Positions 9,554-21,000 of a DNA stretch of 64,000 bases are shown in pieces; within the stretch, counting starts at the first letter, position 1; each line of letters starts with the position of its first letter. The notes below the pieces were generated by a model, which saw only the letters and a list, made by a program, of their open reading frames with translations, searched no databases and had not been told where the DNA came from. This DNA is from a virus (Duplodnaviria; Caudoviricetes): the IMG/VR virus record IMGVR_UViG_3300021958_000024; one strand, written 5' to 3'. A program made the translations under genes and the position numbers.

Positions 9554-12500
9554 ATGGGTCTCTCCAGATTAGATAATTTTCTAAAGTCAACTCGCGGAAC
9601 TATTCTTTACGTTGACCCAAATAGTCTTGACTCAACTGATAGCATTGAAAATCAAGGTAACTCTTTGACCAGACCCTTTAAAACTATTCAAAGGGCATTG
9701 GTTGAAGCATCTAGATTCTCATATCAAAGGGGAAAAGGTAACGATAGATTCGGTAAAACAACTATTCTACTTTATCCAGGCGACCACATTGTAGATAATA
9801 GACCTGGATGGATTCCTACTAGTAACTCATTCACCCTAAGAACTAGTGAGGTTAGAGACGACTTTGGTGAATGGACATTAGACACTAACTTTGACCTAAA
9901 CTCAGAAAGAAACGCTTTATACAAACTAAACAGTATTCATGGTGGTGTCATTGTACCTAGAGGTACTTCTATTGTTGGTTTAGATTTAAGAAAAACTAGG
10001 ATTATTCCTAGGTATGTTCCAAGTCCAACAAATGATCAGATTGAAGCATCTGCTATTTTTAGAGTAACTGGTGCATGTTATTTATGGCAGTTTACTATTC
10101 TAGATGCTGATCCAAATACCACATGTTATGCTGATTACACTACTAACCAGTTTATTCCAAACTTCTCTCACCACAAACTGAGAGTATTTGAATATGCTGA
10201 TGGTGTTAATAATGTAGTCATTAATGATGCGTTTATTAATGGTACTGCAGGTGAGTTCGATAGAACTGATCTTGACATGTACTATGAGAAAGTTGGTATT
10301 GTTTACGGTCAGAATGCTGGTAGAGAGATTCCAAATGACTATCCACCATCTGATCTAGTTGATATTGAACCAGTTATTGATGAATATAGAATCGTTGGTC
10401 CAAAGGGTGATGAAGTAGGTATTGCTAGTATCCGTTCTGGCAATGGAACACTTTCTTCAACTCTTGTTACTGTTACAACATCTGAACCACTTGATGGTAT
10501 CAGTGTGAATACTGCTATCGAGATTCAGGGCGTATCAACTCCTGGATATGATGGTAAATATGTAGTTTCTGGTGTTAATAGTCCAACAGAATTTGAATAT
10601 AAGGTACAAAATCCTCCTCCAGAAGCATTAGGAAACGTAACATCTTCAACTGTCAATCTGATTGTTGATACGGTATCATCTGCATCACCATATGTCTTTA
10701 ACTGTACGCTACGAAGCGTATATGGTATGTGTGGTCTATTAGCAGATGGATCTAAAGCAACTGGTTTCGTATCGATGGTGGTTGCTCAATATACTGGTGT
10801 TGGTCTGCAAAAGGATGAGAATGCATTTGTTAAGTATGATACTACTTCAGGTACATACAAGGATGCTACATCAAATCTTATCAATCTTTCATCAAATACT
10901 TTATCGCAATATAAACCAGATTATGAGAACTTCCATATTAAAGCGACAAATAACTCTTACTTACAGTTAGTTTCTGTATTCGCTATTGGATTCTCTCATC
11001 AGTTTGTATCTGAGAATGGTGCAGATATTTCTCTCAATAACTCCAACTCAAACTTTGGTAATAAAGCACTTGTTTCAAAAGGATTTAAACAGGATGCATT
11101 CAGAAAAGATGATGTTGGATATATCAGTCATTTAATTGCACCAAAAGAACTAGAGTCCGAAGACTATACAGTAGAGTTTTATTCTATTGACGTAAATACT
11201 ACAGTTGGTGTTGGAAGTACATCAAGAATGTACTTATATAATCAAACTAACGAAAACATTGTTCCAAATACTGTATTTGACGGATTTAGGGTTGGTGCTA
11301 AAGAAAATGATAAAATCTTCTTAGATGTATTTGATACGGCAGGTATTAAGAGTACCTATTCGGCAACTATTGTTATGCCGAATGCAGATTTTACTGATGG
11401 CATTTATGGCGCATATAGAAGAGACGATTTAGAGTTTTCATCAAAGAAACAGTTCTCAGTAAGAAGAACAAATAATGATACTGAGAATGACATTTTCAAT
11501 AATGTCATTTCTTTCAATGAACCTCACCAATTCTTAACTGGTGAATCTGTAAGAATATTATCTGATAATGGTAACTTACCTGATGGTATTGAAGAGGATA
11601 GAGTTTATTTTGTTATTACAGATTCTCTAGATCCAGTTGGATTAGGAACTACACAGATCAAACTGGCAACATCACTATCAGACTCCTTCCAAGAAAATGT
11701 GGTATCTATTAATGAAAAAGGCGGAAACTTAAAGATTATCAGTAAAGTATCTGATAAAGTTGCTGGAGATTATGGACATCCTCTCCAATGGGATGATCAA
11801 TACAATCAATGGTATTTAAATGTATCAAAGATTTCTGTCAGTAATCTAGGAGAAAATGATCTTTATAATGGTATTGTTGGACTTGGAACGACATCTCTTG
11901 GCAATGCTACATCCAGAACTTACTTTAAGAGAAAGATTGATAATAGATCATATTCTGACAACCTCTATAGTTTGAGATTTGTTATTCCAAAAGATTCTAA
12001 CATTGAATCTAGAGATCCACTTGATTCATTTATTTTACAAGAATCTAGTGCAGGCATTACAACATCTACAGAAGTTGTAAAGTATTTTGATCCAACAGGA
12101 TCACTATCACTATCAAACTCAACAGAACTTAGAAATCCAAGATTTATTTCCACATGTAGTTGGAGTGCTGGTCAAATCACTGTTGGCACAGAACTACCAC
12201 ACGATCTTGTTCCTGGTTCTGAAGTAACTATTATTAATGCTATCAGTGCTAATAATACTGATGGAACATTTAATAAAGGTTATAACGGATCATTTACTGT
12301 TACTGGTGTCAATAACTCTAGAGAGTTTACCTATAACTATGAATATGATCCAGGTGCATTCCAAAGTGATGTAAATACGAGAGACGAAAATCTTCCACGT
12401 TTCTATAAGAGTAAGTTAAGAAATACTTTCCAAGCATATAAGATTGAGAATGTTAAGCAATACATTCCAAGTTATCAGGATGGTGTTTATCATATTATTC

Positions 12501-15500
12501 CAATAAGAGCTTCAGAGTCTCCTATTGTTGCACCATTTACTGATAAGAAATATACACAGTCTTTAAGGAATCTATATCCTAGACTTGATAGAGACAATCT
12601 AGTATCAGATCCAAAAGAAGCAAGATCATTTGCTACCTCAGAGAAGATTGGTATTGTTGTTGTAGATGATCCACACAATAGTTTGACTAAAGAATCATCA
12701 AGATCATTCTTAAAAGATCTTGGTGTGGGTGTTGGAGTAACAAACATTGTATCTGATAGTGTGGGAGTATCCCATACAATCTTTACTGATATTGATCATA
12801 GTCTTTTTGGTATTACAAACCTAAGTATCCAAAGTATTGGATCTCAATATATTCCAGGCATTTACTATAATGTCCCATTAACATCTGGAGTATCATCAAC
12901 TACAGGATTTAATGCAACTGCTAGAGTGAGCGTTAGTGCTGCTGGTACTATTACAGATGTTACTATCATGAATCCTGGTAGTGCATATGGTATTGGTAAT
13001 ACATTATCACTTGCAACAAATATAAGCAGACAGGTTGGATCGTATGATGCGACAGTAAGAGTTGAAGGTATTAATGATGCAACTGGCGAAACTCTAGAAG
13101 TTTCTGGTATTGGAACTGGTAACTATACAAATCTGTATAGAATCTCTGGATATGAAGTTGGAGATGCTAAGAAGGTATTTGCTTATTCATCTGAAGATAT
13201 TATAGAACCAAATACTGGTGTAAATAGAATCATCGTTAGATCTACTGATAATGCTTCGATGATTAATGTTGGTAGATCAATCAAATCTTCCAGTGTCATT
13301 TATGATAATAGAGTTGGAGTTGCTACCTTTACATTCCCAAGAGCTCATGGTTTCTCTTTAGATGATAAAGTTAGAGTTGGTGGAGCAACAACTGAAGTAT
13401 TCAATGGAGACTTTATTGTTAAGTCTGTAGAATCTACAAGTTCTTTTGTTGCACCAACAAAGTTAAGTATCAATGTTAAAGGGTGGGATACTATAACTCC
13501 TATCGGAACTCCTATCTTCCATCCACATGGTTTAACATCAAGAGGAGGAACAGTTTCAAACGAATCTGAACTATATTCTTCAAGACTATTCACTACTTAT
13601 GCTGGTGTTTCTACACAAATCGGAAATACTATTAATGTATCCGACTCTAACAATGATCCAATCACTATTAACAGCGCAGTAGAAAGAGGGTTTAAACTTG
13701 GGGATTATGTTCAGATTGGAAATGAGATTCTAAGAATCAGATCTGGAGTTTCCAGCGATACTGTATATGTTTTTAGATCTCTACTAGGAACTGCAAAAGA
13801 AACTCATAGAGATACTAGCGTAATCAATAAGATTAAGGTACAACCTATTGAGTTTAGAAGAAACTCTATTATTAAAGCTTCTGCACATACGTTTGAATAT
13901 GTTGGTTTTGGTCCTGGTAACTATTCAACATCACTACCAGATAAGCAAGATAGAGTTCTAGGTTCACAGGAAGAAGTTCGCGCTATTTCTGAAAAGAATG
14001 AAGGTGGCGTGGTATTCTTCAGTGGAATGAATAGTAATGGAGATTTCTATACTGGTAACAAGAAAATCAACTCTTCTACTGGTGAAGAAAATCTGTTTGA
14101 TCTACCTGTACCAACAGTAACTGGTGAAGAACCAGATAAATCTAAATCAATCTTTGGTTTTGAGGTACTATCTCCAATGGAGATTAGTATTGGTAGAGCT
14201 ATTAGAGTTGAAGGTGGAAAGGACAAGAACGTTGTATCAAGATTTGATGGTCCAGTAATCTTTAATAACAAACTCACATCATATTCTACTAAAGGTATTG
14301 AAGCAAACTCCTTATATCTCCAGGGTTCTGAAAACGTATCTAGAAAGTATACTTTATCTGGAACAAAACCAGATTATACTGGAAACTATGGTGATATCGT
14401 ATTTTATTCAGATCCTAAGGATAAGGGATATACTGGATGGGTTTATACTCAAGAAAATAGATGGATGAATTGGGGATTTATTGGTGGACCAGCAATCCAA
14501 CTATCAACAAATAATAATAATGTAGGATTTATTTCTGCAATCAATATTGTTGGTCTAGGTCTGACATTAACCACTCAATACACTTCAGGTGCTAATGGTG
14601 GTATTTCTACTATTATTATTGATGATAATCCACTGATTGCCATTTCAACTGGTCCTTATAACCAACTTGTTGGTAATGCCAATCAAATGAACTTTGTTGG
14701 TGGTGGTATTACACTATCACAGATTGGACCTGCTGGAATAGTTACCGTCTACATGGAGAAGATCAATGTAGAAGCACTAGCACCATCTGGTCCATATCAG
14801 TCCATTCAGTTCCATGAAAGCGATGATACATTTGGCGGTGTTCCTTATTTTGCGTATAACAATGTAACTGGAACACTTGATATTGGTCCTACATCTTGGA
14901 CAAGTGATGGATTTGTAAGCTTTGGAACTACAAATCCAACATCTAAAGTTGAGATTTATACTGCTGCTGAAAGAGCACTTTATATTAACTCTACTTCTGG
15001 TACTGGTGAGATTGTAAGGATTGAAAACGTTGGTAGTGACCTGAGTCCATTCATCATTGATATTGATGGTAACGTTGGTATCAATACTGGAAATGTTCTA
15101 GCAGGTATTTCTCTACAAGTTAATGGTAATATTGGTGTTGTTGGAGATATTAGATTCTTCAATCCAAATCAATCATTCTATGCTGGATTTAAGGCACAGG
15201 ATGACCTTAGTACTAATCTTGTTTGGGAACTTCCAAAGATTGTTGGTTCTGCTAAGAGTATTATGATTAGTGAAACTTCTGGAACTATTGGATGGTCTAC
15301 AATCTCAGATCTATTAGCAATAACATCAACCGATGCTCTACCTGAAGGAGATGCAAATCTTTATCATACTGTTCAAAGAGTTGTTAATGCTTACATGAAC
15401 TCTTTAGGAAAACAGGTTGGTATTGCAATCACGTATAATCCAACTACACAAAAGATTGATTATGAGACATGTTTAGAAGAAGGTAAATATTTCTTCTCTA

Positions 15501-15520
15501 GTTTTGGAGTTATGCTTTGA
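9554..15520 (+). CDS. Large virion structural / tail-fibre-associated protein
   Basis: 1988 aa; N-terminal YVDPN...PFKTIQRAL..A motif, repeated H-x-F/L beta modules, GINT/GTTNP fibre repeats. Confidence 0.75.
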   Translation: MGLSRLDNFLKSTRGTILYVDPNSLDSTDSIENQGNSLTRPFKTIQRALVEASRFSYQRGKGNDRFGKTTILLYPGDHIVDNRPGWIPTSNSFTLRTSEVRDDFGEWTLDTNFDLNSERNALYKLNSIHGGVIVPRGTSIVGLDLRKTRIIPRYVPSPTNDQIEASAIFRVTGACYLWQFTILDADPNTTCYADYTTNQFIPNFSHHKLRVFEYADGVNNVVINDAFINGTAGEFDRTDLDMYYEKVGIVYGQNAGREIPNDYPPSDLVDIEPVIDEYRIVGPKGDEVGIASIRSGNGTLSSTLVTVTTSEPLDGISVNTAIEIQGVSTPGYDGKYVVSGVNSPTEFEYKVQNPPPEALGNVTSSTVNLIVDTVSSASPYVFNCTLRSVYGMCGLLADGSKATGFVSMVVAQYTGVGLQKDENAFVKYDTTSGTYKDATSNLINLSSNTLSQYKPDYENFHIKATNNSYLQLVSVFAIGFSHQFVSENGADISLNNSNSNFGNKALVSKGFKQDAFRKDDVGYISHLIAPKELESEDYTVEFYSIDVNTTVGVGSTSRMYLYNQTNENIVPNTVFDGFRVGAKENDKIFLDVFDTAGIKSTYSATIVMPNADFTDGIYGAYRRDDLEFSSKKQFSVRRTNNDTENDIFNNVISFNEPHQFLTGESVRILSDNGNLPDGIEEDRVYFVITDSLDPVGLGTTQIKLATSLSDSFQENVVSINEKGGNLKIISKVSDKVAGDYGHPLQWDDQYNQWYLNVSKISVSNLGENDLYNGIVGLGTTSLGNATSRTYFKRKIDNRSYSDNLYSLRFVIPKDSNIESRDPLDSFILQESSAGITTSTEVVKYFDPTGSLSLSNSTELRNPRFISTCSWSAGQITVGTELPHDLVPGSEVTIINAISANNTDGTFNKGYNGSFTVTGVNNSREFTYNYEYDPGAFQSDVNTRDENLPRFYKSKLRNTFQAYKIENVKQYIPSYQDGVYHIIPIRASESPIVAPFTDKKYTQSLRNLYPRLDRDNLVSDPKEARSFATSEKIGIVVVDDPHNSLTKESSRSFLKDLGVGVGVTNIVSDSVGVSHTIFTDIDHSLFGITNLSIQSIGSQYIPGIYYNVPLTSGVSSTTGFNATARVSVSAAGTITDVTIMNPGSAYGIGNTLSLATNISRQVGSYDATVRVEGINDATGETLEVSGIGTGNYTNLYRISGYEVGDAKKVFAYSSEDIIEPNTGVNRIIVRSTDNASMINVGRSIKSSSVIYDNRVGVATFTFPRAHGFSLDDKVRVGGATTEVFNGDFIVKSVESTSSFVAPTKLSINVKGWDTITPIGTPIFHPHGLTSRGGTVSNESELYSSRLFTTYAGVSTQIGNTINVSDSNNDPITINSAVERGFKLGDYVQIGNEILRIRSGVSSDTVYVFRSLLGTAKETHRDTSVINKIKVQPIEFRRNSIIKASAHTFEYVGFGPGNYSTSLPDKQDRVLGSQEEVRAISEKNEGGVVFFSGMNSNGDFYTGNKKINSSTGEENLFDLPVPTVTGEEPDKSKSIFGFEVLSPMEISIGRAIRVEGGKDKNVVSRFDGPVIFNNKLTSYSTKGIEANSLYLQGSENVSRKYTLSGTKPDYTGNYGDIVFYSDPKDKGYTGWVYTQENRWMNWGFIGGPAIQLSTNNNNVGFISAINIVGLGLTLTTQYTSGANGGISTIIIDDNPLIAISTGPYNQLVGNANQMNFVGGGITLSQIGPAGIVTVYMEKINVEALAPSGPYQSIQFHESDDTFGGVPYFAYNNVTGTLDIGPTSWTSDGFVSFGTTNPTSKVEIYTAAERALYINSTSGTGEIVRIENVGSDLSPFIIDIDGNVGINTGNVLAGISLQVNGNIGVVGDIRFFNPNQSFYAGFKAQDDLSTNLVWELPKIVGSAKSIMISETSGTIGWSTISDLLAITSTDALPEGDANLYHTVQRVVNAYMNSLGKQVGIAITYNPTTQKIDYETCLEEGKYFFSSFGVML

Positions 15521-15556
15521 TAAAAAAAAGGGAGGGTTTGATCCCTCCCTTTTTTA
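15521..15556. terminator. Bidirectional intrinsic terminator between convergent genes
   Basis: A-run, gggaggg-tttgat-ccctccc, T-run. Confidence 0.85.
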
Positions 15557-16189
15557 TTAACACTCAGGCATTACTAAGACGTTATATGTGATTTGTTGTT
15601 TTGTTGGAGAGAGTGATGCTCTTGTTCTCCAATCCAGAGCATTCTTTCTTCTAACTGCAAACTCGATAGATTGTCCTGGTTTTAGGAAATACTCAGTTGG
15701 GAATGGAACTTCTTGCAGTCTTCCCCACTTTCTCCACCAGTTCCAACCATATCCATAGAAATAATATTGTCTGGTGTTTAAGATTTCTTCTTTTGAAAAT
15801 AAGAACATATATCCATTTGGATTATCTCCTCCACCATCTCTATTTCTTTGGAATCCCCACCAATATCTCCAATACCATCCATAGTTTAGACTCAATGAAG
15901 AAAGGTTCCTTCCAATAATACCTTCAATCCAGTCAGTGTCAATATCTGGAAGGTTTGGTAACTGAATGTAGTTTGCAACAGTTCTAGTGACTGTTCTTCC
16001 AAAAGAATCTACTTCTGGTCCAGGAAAAGTTTCTCCAGGAGTTAGGATTCTAATCTCATTAGTTCCTGTACCTTCAATAGAAAGATAGTTAAAAATAACC
16101 CTTACATTTCCACCAGTATTATTGGTATACAGTGTAAAATCGTTCTGCTCACAAAAGTAACCAGTCAATACTTCAGTAATCGATGCCAT
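15557..16189 (-). CDS. Late hypothetical (probably structural) protein on the reverse strand
   Basis: 210 aa; YTNNTGGNVRVIFNYL N-terminus, PTEYFLKPGQS...YNVLVMPE C-terminus; own minus-strand late promoter. Confidence 0.75.
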   Translation of the reverse strand: MASITEVLTGYFCEQNDFTLYTNNTGGNVRVIFNYLSIEGTGTNEIRILTPGETFPGPEVDSFGRTVTRTVANYIQLPNLPDIDTDWIEGIIGRNLSSLSLNYGWYWRYWWGFQRNRDGGGDNPNGYMFLFSKEEILNTRQYYFYGYGWNWWRKWGRLQEVPFPTEYFLKPGQSIEFAVRRKNALDWRTRASLSPTKQQITYNVLVMPEC

Positions 16190-16213
16190 TTTATCTTTAG
16201 AATACTTCTTCTA

Positions 16214-16235
16214 TATTTATTTAGAGATATAAATA
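16214..16235. promoter_or_regulatory. Divergent late promoters
   Basis: TATTTAT (ATAAATA on minus) at 16214-16220; TATAAATA on plus at 16228-16235. Confidence 0.75.
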
Positions 16236-16272
16236 GTTAAAAATTTCAACTAAGAGGGGAGAGTGAACCTCA

Positions 16273-18021
16273 ATGGCAATTCAGAAGAACTTTGTCGTTA
16301 AAAATGGTCTTGAGGTAAGTGAAGCTCTAATCTATGCAGACAAAGTTGCCGATCAAGTAGGTATTGGTACGACAAGTATTGACGGTAACTGCAAAGTAGA
16401 AGTTAGGGGCAATATTAAGGTTAGGAACTTATACCTTGCAGAAACGCTTGGTATTGGATCAATACCAAATCTGCAAGGAACAACGGTAGACTATGGATAT
16501 GGTCGAATACTATCAGGTATTGTAACGTCTATTGTGGGCACGTCTTTGACGTACTCGTCGGGTGTAATAAACAAGTTTTATTCAGTATCGGGATTTGTAA
16601 CATCTCTTGCTGGATCTGGAGTAACGTATACAAATGCGTATCTCACAAATATTGAAAACACTCATTTAAAAGTATCTGGTATTTCAACCTTTGATGCTGA
16701 TGTAAGATTTGAAGATACCAGAAAACTAAAGTTTGGTAATAGTGATGATTTTGAGATTTATCATGATGGTTCAAATTCTTATATTCGTGATGTAGGTGCT
16801 GGTAACGTCTATATTGATTCTGTTGATGGTTCTATCAATCTTAGAGTCAATGGTACTGAAAATGCTATTGTTTGTAATGAAAATACTTCTGTAGGTTTAT
16901 ATTATAATAATGTCCAGAAACTGTCAACCACAGCTGAGGGTATACAGGTTGATCCTGGCGTTTCTGTTGGGAATACTGCTGGACAAGCATATTCTTCACA
17001 AGATATTGCTGTATTCCGGACCACTAATCCAAATCTATCCAAGTTAAGAATCGTTGAGAGTAGAGATGTAACTGGAAATACTTGGAAATCTGCAAATACA
17101 AGGATCCAAAAGACTATTGGATCCACTGACATGGGTTATATCCAGTTTAATGGTGAGGGAAACTCCAAAGGTATGGAGTTTGGAACAGAAAATGATGAAA
17201 AGTTTGCTCAGTTTATCAGAGAGGGATCTGTAGAACTTTATTATGATAATGTTAAAAAGTTTGAAACTATTTCGGATGGTATTAAAATCTATGATGACAC
17301 AGTAAATGCTGGCATTTTAGATTTCTCACCAAATGGAATCGTAACATCAAGATCTGGAATAGTAACTTATTACGGTGATGGTAATAACCTAGATCTATAT
17401 TACAATGATGCTACTGGTATTGGTATCGGAACAACAGGTGGACTTGTAGGTTATGCAGTAACATTTTTAGACCTTAAAGGTGATGGTATTTCTACTGCAT
17501 ATTATGGTGGTCCGCAAGGCATTACAACCATTTTCTTTGAAGATAAGAAAGCAGGTACAGTTGCAATCGGTACATTACCACCACCAAATCCCAAAAATGG
17601 TCAAACTTGGTATAGTACAGAATATGCTAGGACATTTGTTTATATTAAAGAAGATGCTCTGGGATATGGTGGAGCAGCAAATGTCTGGGTAGATGCAGCA
17701 CCATTTAACGTTGGTATTATTTCTGCTCTATCCAGAGTTTCATTTGATCCAGGAACACCATCACAACCAGCAATATATTTCAGTGGAGACACATCAACTG
17801 GAGTGTACTCTCCAAGTTCAGGAAACTTTAATATAGTTTCTTTAGCAAGCACTATTATAAATGTTACTCCAAAAGGAGCAAATGTTTATGGTGGAGATGG
17901 ACGTGACGGATATCTAACCGTAAATGAATCGGGTATAAACGTAGTTGGAGTTGCAAGTGTCAATAATAAAAAGATAATAGATCAAGTAACAGCATATGCT
18001 TATAGTGTAGCATTATCATAA
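16273..18021 (+). CDS. Tail fibre protein
   Basis: MAIQKNFVVKNGLEV, FGNSDDFEIYHDGSNSYI, V.LYY.N..K.ET repeats typical of cyanophage fibres. Confidence 0.75.
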   Translation: MAIQKNFVVKNGLEVSEALIYADKVADQVGIGTTSIDGNCKVEVRGNIKVRNLYLAETLGIGSIPNLQGTTVDYGYGRILSGIVTSIVGTSLTYSSGVINKFYSVSGFVTSLAGSGVTYTNAYLTNIENTHLKVSGISTFDADVRFEDTRKLKFGNSDDFEIYHDGSNSYIRDVGAGNVYIDSVDGSINLRVNGTENAIVCNENTSVGLYYNNVQKLSTTAEGIQVDPGVSVGNTAGQAYSSQDIAVFRTTNPNLSKLRIVESRDVTGNTWKSANTRIQKTIGSTDMGYIQFNGEGNSKGMEFGTENDEKFAQFIREGSVELYYDNVKKFETISDGIKIYDDTVNAGILDFSPNGIVTSRSGIVTYYGDGNNLDLYYNDATGIGIGTTGGLVGYAVTFLDLKGDGISTAYYGGPQGITTIFFEDKKAGTVAIGTLPPPNPKNGQTWYSTEYARTFVYIKEDALGYGGAANVWVDAAPFNVGIISALSRVSFDPGTPSQPAIYFSGDTSTGVYSPSSGNFNIVSLASTIINVTPKGANVYGGDGRDGYLTVNESGINVVGVASVNNKKIIDQVTAYAYSVALS

Positions 18022-18064
18022 TATCATTTCATCCCATAAATAACATTCAAGGAGTCTTAACACA

Positions 18065-21000
18065 ATGGCAAAGAAACTAGTATACAACTACACATTTAAC
18101 CCAGGTGCTGCTGGTGTTGGTAATATAGTCATACATGGTTACTATCCACTAAAAACATTATTATTGGTTACTAATGTAACTGATAGTCAGATTATCTTTA
18201 GTTTTGCTGATCCCACTTATGCAGGATCTGTAGATTATAGTGATGCTACTGATGAAACCACTATTATCTTCAACTACGATACATCCAGCATGGATGCATC
18301 TGATCAAATTCAAATCTTTGTAGATGAGCAAGAAGCAAAGATTGATTTTTCAGAAACATTTGTTGATCCTGTAAATAAACTAAGAGTTTCCAATCCACAA
18401 AACCTCATTGATACTGACTTTGAATATGGTCTACAACCAACTAAATGGGAAACCATAGAACTTGTTAATAATATACCATCATTTTATTCAAAAGACTCCC
18501 AATATTCGATTGAAGATGTTGCTATTGTAGAAGCAATCAATAGATCTTCAACTGTTACAGTTACTACATCAACACCCCATGGATTATCTGTTGGTGTTCC
18601 TATTGACGTTCAAGGACTAACAAGTCCAACAGCTGAAGGAAAGTTTTTGATTACATCTGTACCTTCACCAAGTAGTTTCACTTACGTTGCAAAAGAGAAT
18701 CAGATTTTAGAACAAGGTGCTGTCAATATTAATACCTCGTATACAACTATTAGAACTGGCGAGTTTTTTATTGGATCCGATGTTAAGTTTAGAGAAGATG
18801 ATGGATTAAGTTCAGATAATAGATCCAATAGTACAATCAATGTAACAACTACTGATTATGTTCATGGATTCACTCCAGGATCAAACTTTTATGTTACAAA
18901 CACTGTAGGTTCAAAGCAATATAGACTGGGATATGTAACTAACGATCTTGCTTCTGACGATAGACCTAATGTTGATTTTGAAGATACCATTGAAACTAGC
19001 GGTACTATTACTCCAGCATTAACAGAAACAAAGAAAATGACGGGCACATACGCCCTAAAGTTTGATGTAAACTCTGTTAGTACTGTTGATAATAGCATTA
19101 CTTGGCCAAATCATAGATTAAGAGCAGGTGACGTTTTATTATATGTTCCTCCTTCGAATGATACTGAAATCGGAGGACTTCAAAGATTTCAACTCTATTA
19201 TGTAAAGCAGGCATTGACTGCGGATAAAATCACTCTTTGCGAGACATCAACTTCAACTACTGTTGCGGTTAATCCAGAAATCAATCTCACTTCTACTGGC
19301 ACTTCTAACTTTGGAAGGCACCAGTTGATTTTAGCATATGAGTATTATTATCTTAGAACTTGGTATAGTTCCTGGATAGGTCTTATTCCAAGACATGTAG
19401 GATATGGATCTGGATCTGGATGGGATAGAATACCCACTTCTCCATTCCAACCACATGGATTAAGTGGTAGATTAGCACAAAGATGTAAGTTTATTTTTAA
19501 AAATTATGGTCTAAACAACAATTGGACTGGAAATAGATCAGTTTATGCAACAAATCGAAACGCAAACTATACTTTAGGAAAATCAGGAACAACTCCTGAT
19601 GGATATGATTTTATTGAAGATTTCTCTAGATTTGATCTCCCACATCCATTTAACACTGCTACTAACACATCAGAACCAAACTATAATTGGGATGCAACGT
19701 TTAGATATTTTAGAAGATATAGTGATTATAGTTATCGGAACACGCAACCTGGATTTGGATATATTTTCACAGTTGATTTGGATTTTGATACTGAAGGAGA
19801 CTCAATTTATGTTGAAAACCATGGCGTGAGTGTTGGTTCGGCAGCAACTGCATATTTCGAAAAGACTGGCGGCGGAAATGCGGTAACAAGATCTGATGTT
19901 GTTACTACTGAGGGCGTGGCACCAACAACGACAGTATTTTCTGGCGATTTAAATGTCAATGTAACTGCTATATCACCAGATAGATTGAGAATAGGTGATC
20001 TGAATAGATTGCAACAATGGAATGGATCTTATAATCTAACATTATATAGAAATAATGGAACAAAAGATACCTTCTATGTTCCTGGTATTTCTGTGATATC
20101 TAATAATGAAACTATATTTGTTGAAACAACAGGTACAGCAACTTTGCCTACGGGATTAACTGGACCAGTTAAACCAGAAAAAGGCAATGTTCAAGCGGTA
20201 TATAATGCTTCTACAAGAGCATTAGATACTATTAGAGAAACACTTACTTCAAACTCACTATCTACACTTTTAGCATATAACAATAGTCAAGAGTATTATC
20301 CTTTTGTTAATAGTAATATAACTGTTGATGGTGGCATACAAAGATTGGGTTGGAGAAGAACTGCACTTACGGTTGCTGGTTATTATCCAGAAGGATCTGG
20401 AAATGATGCAAATATTTGGTCAACAACTAGCAAGGACTTTACATCACTAACTGGATGGGCAAATGGTCAAGCATTTGATCCTTTCGATACTACAAATCGT
20501 GCTGGTGAAGGTTGGTACATGTGCATCACACCGTTTACGGGTCAAAATACAACCATTCCTTACTGGGTTAGTGTAAAGCAAATACCAGAATACATTGAAG
20601 ATAATCCAGCAGTAGGTGCAAATGCATTCTTCTGGTCCAATAGACCAAATGAAGACTTTCCACCAACAAACTTATCAAGTGAAACAAACAATGCCAACTC
20701 TGAAGCAAACTGGACTGATGTTACTGGTTCTCAAGCAGGGCTAGGTTGGAGATATACTCATGAAGGAAGATGGTATCAACCAAATGCGAACAGGCATGGT
20801 TATATCTTCTTACAGGTAACAATAGCAAATAACACCTGGCCACAATATAAACCACAAAATACTGCTTTTGATATTTCTCCTATTCTACCATTTGAATCAT
20901 TAGGCAACGTATCTGGACAAAGATATATTATTTGCTGTGTTATTCCAGTCAAAAACAATACTGCTGCTGCAAACTTTGGTCTTACTGGAAATATCTACAC

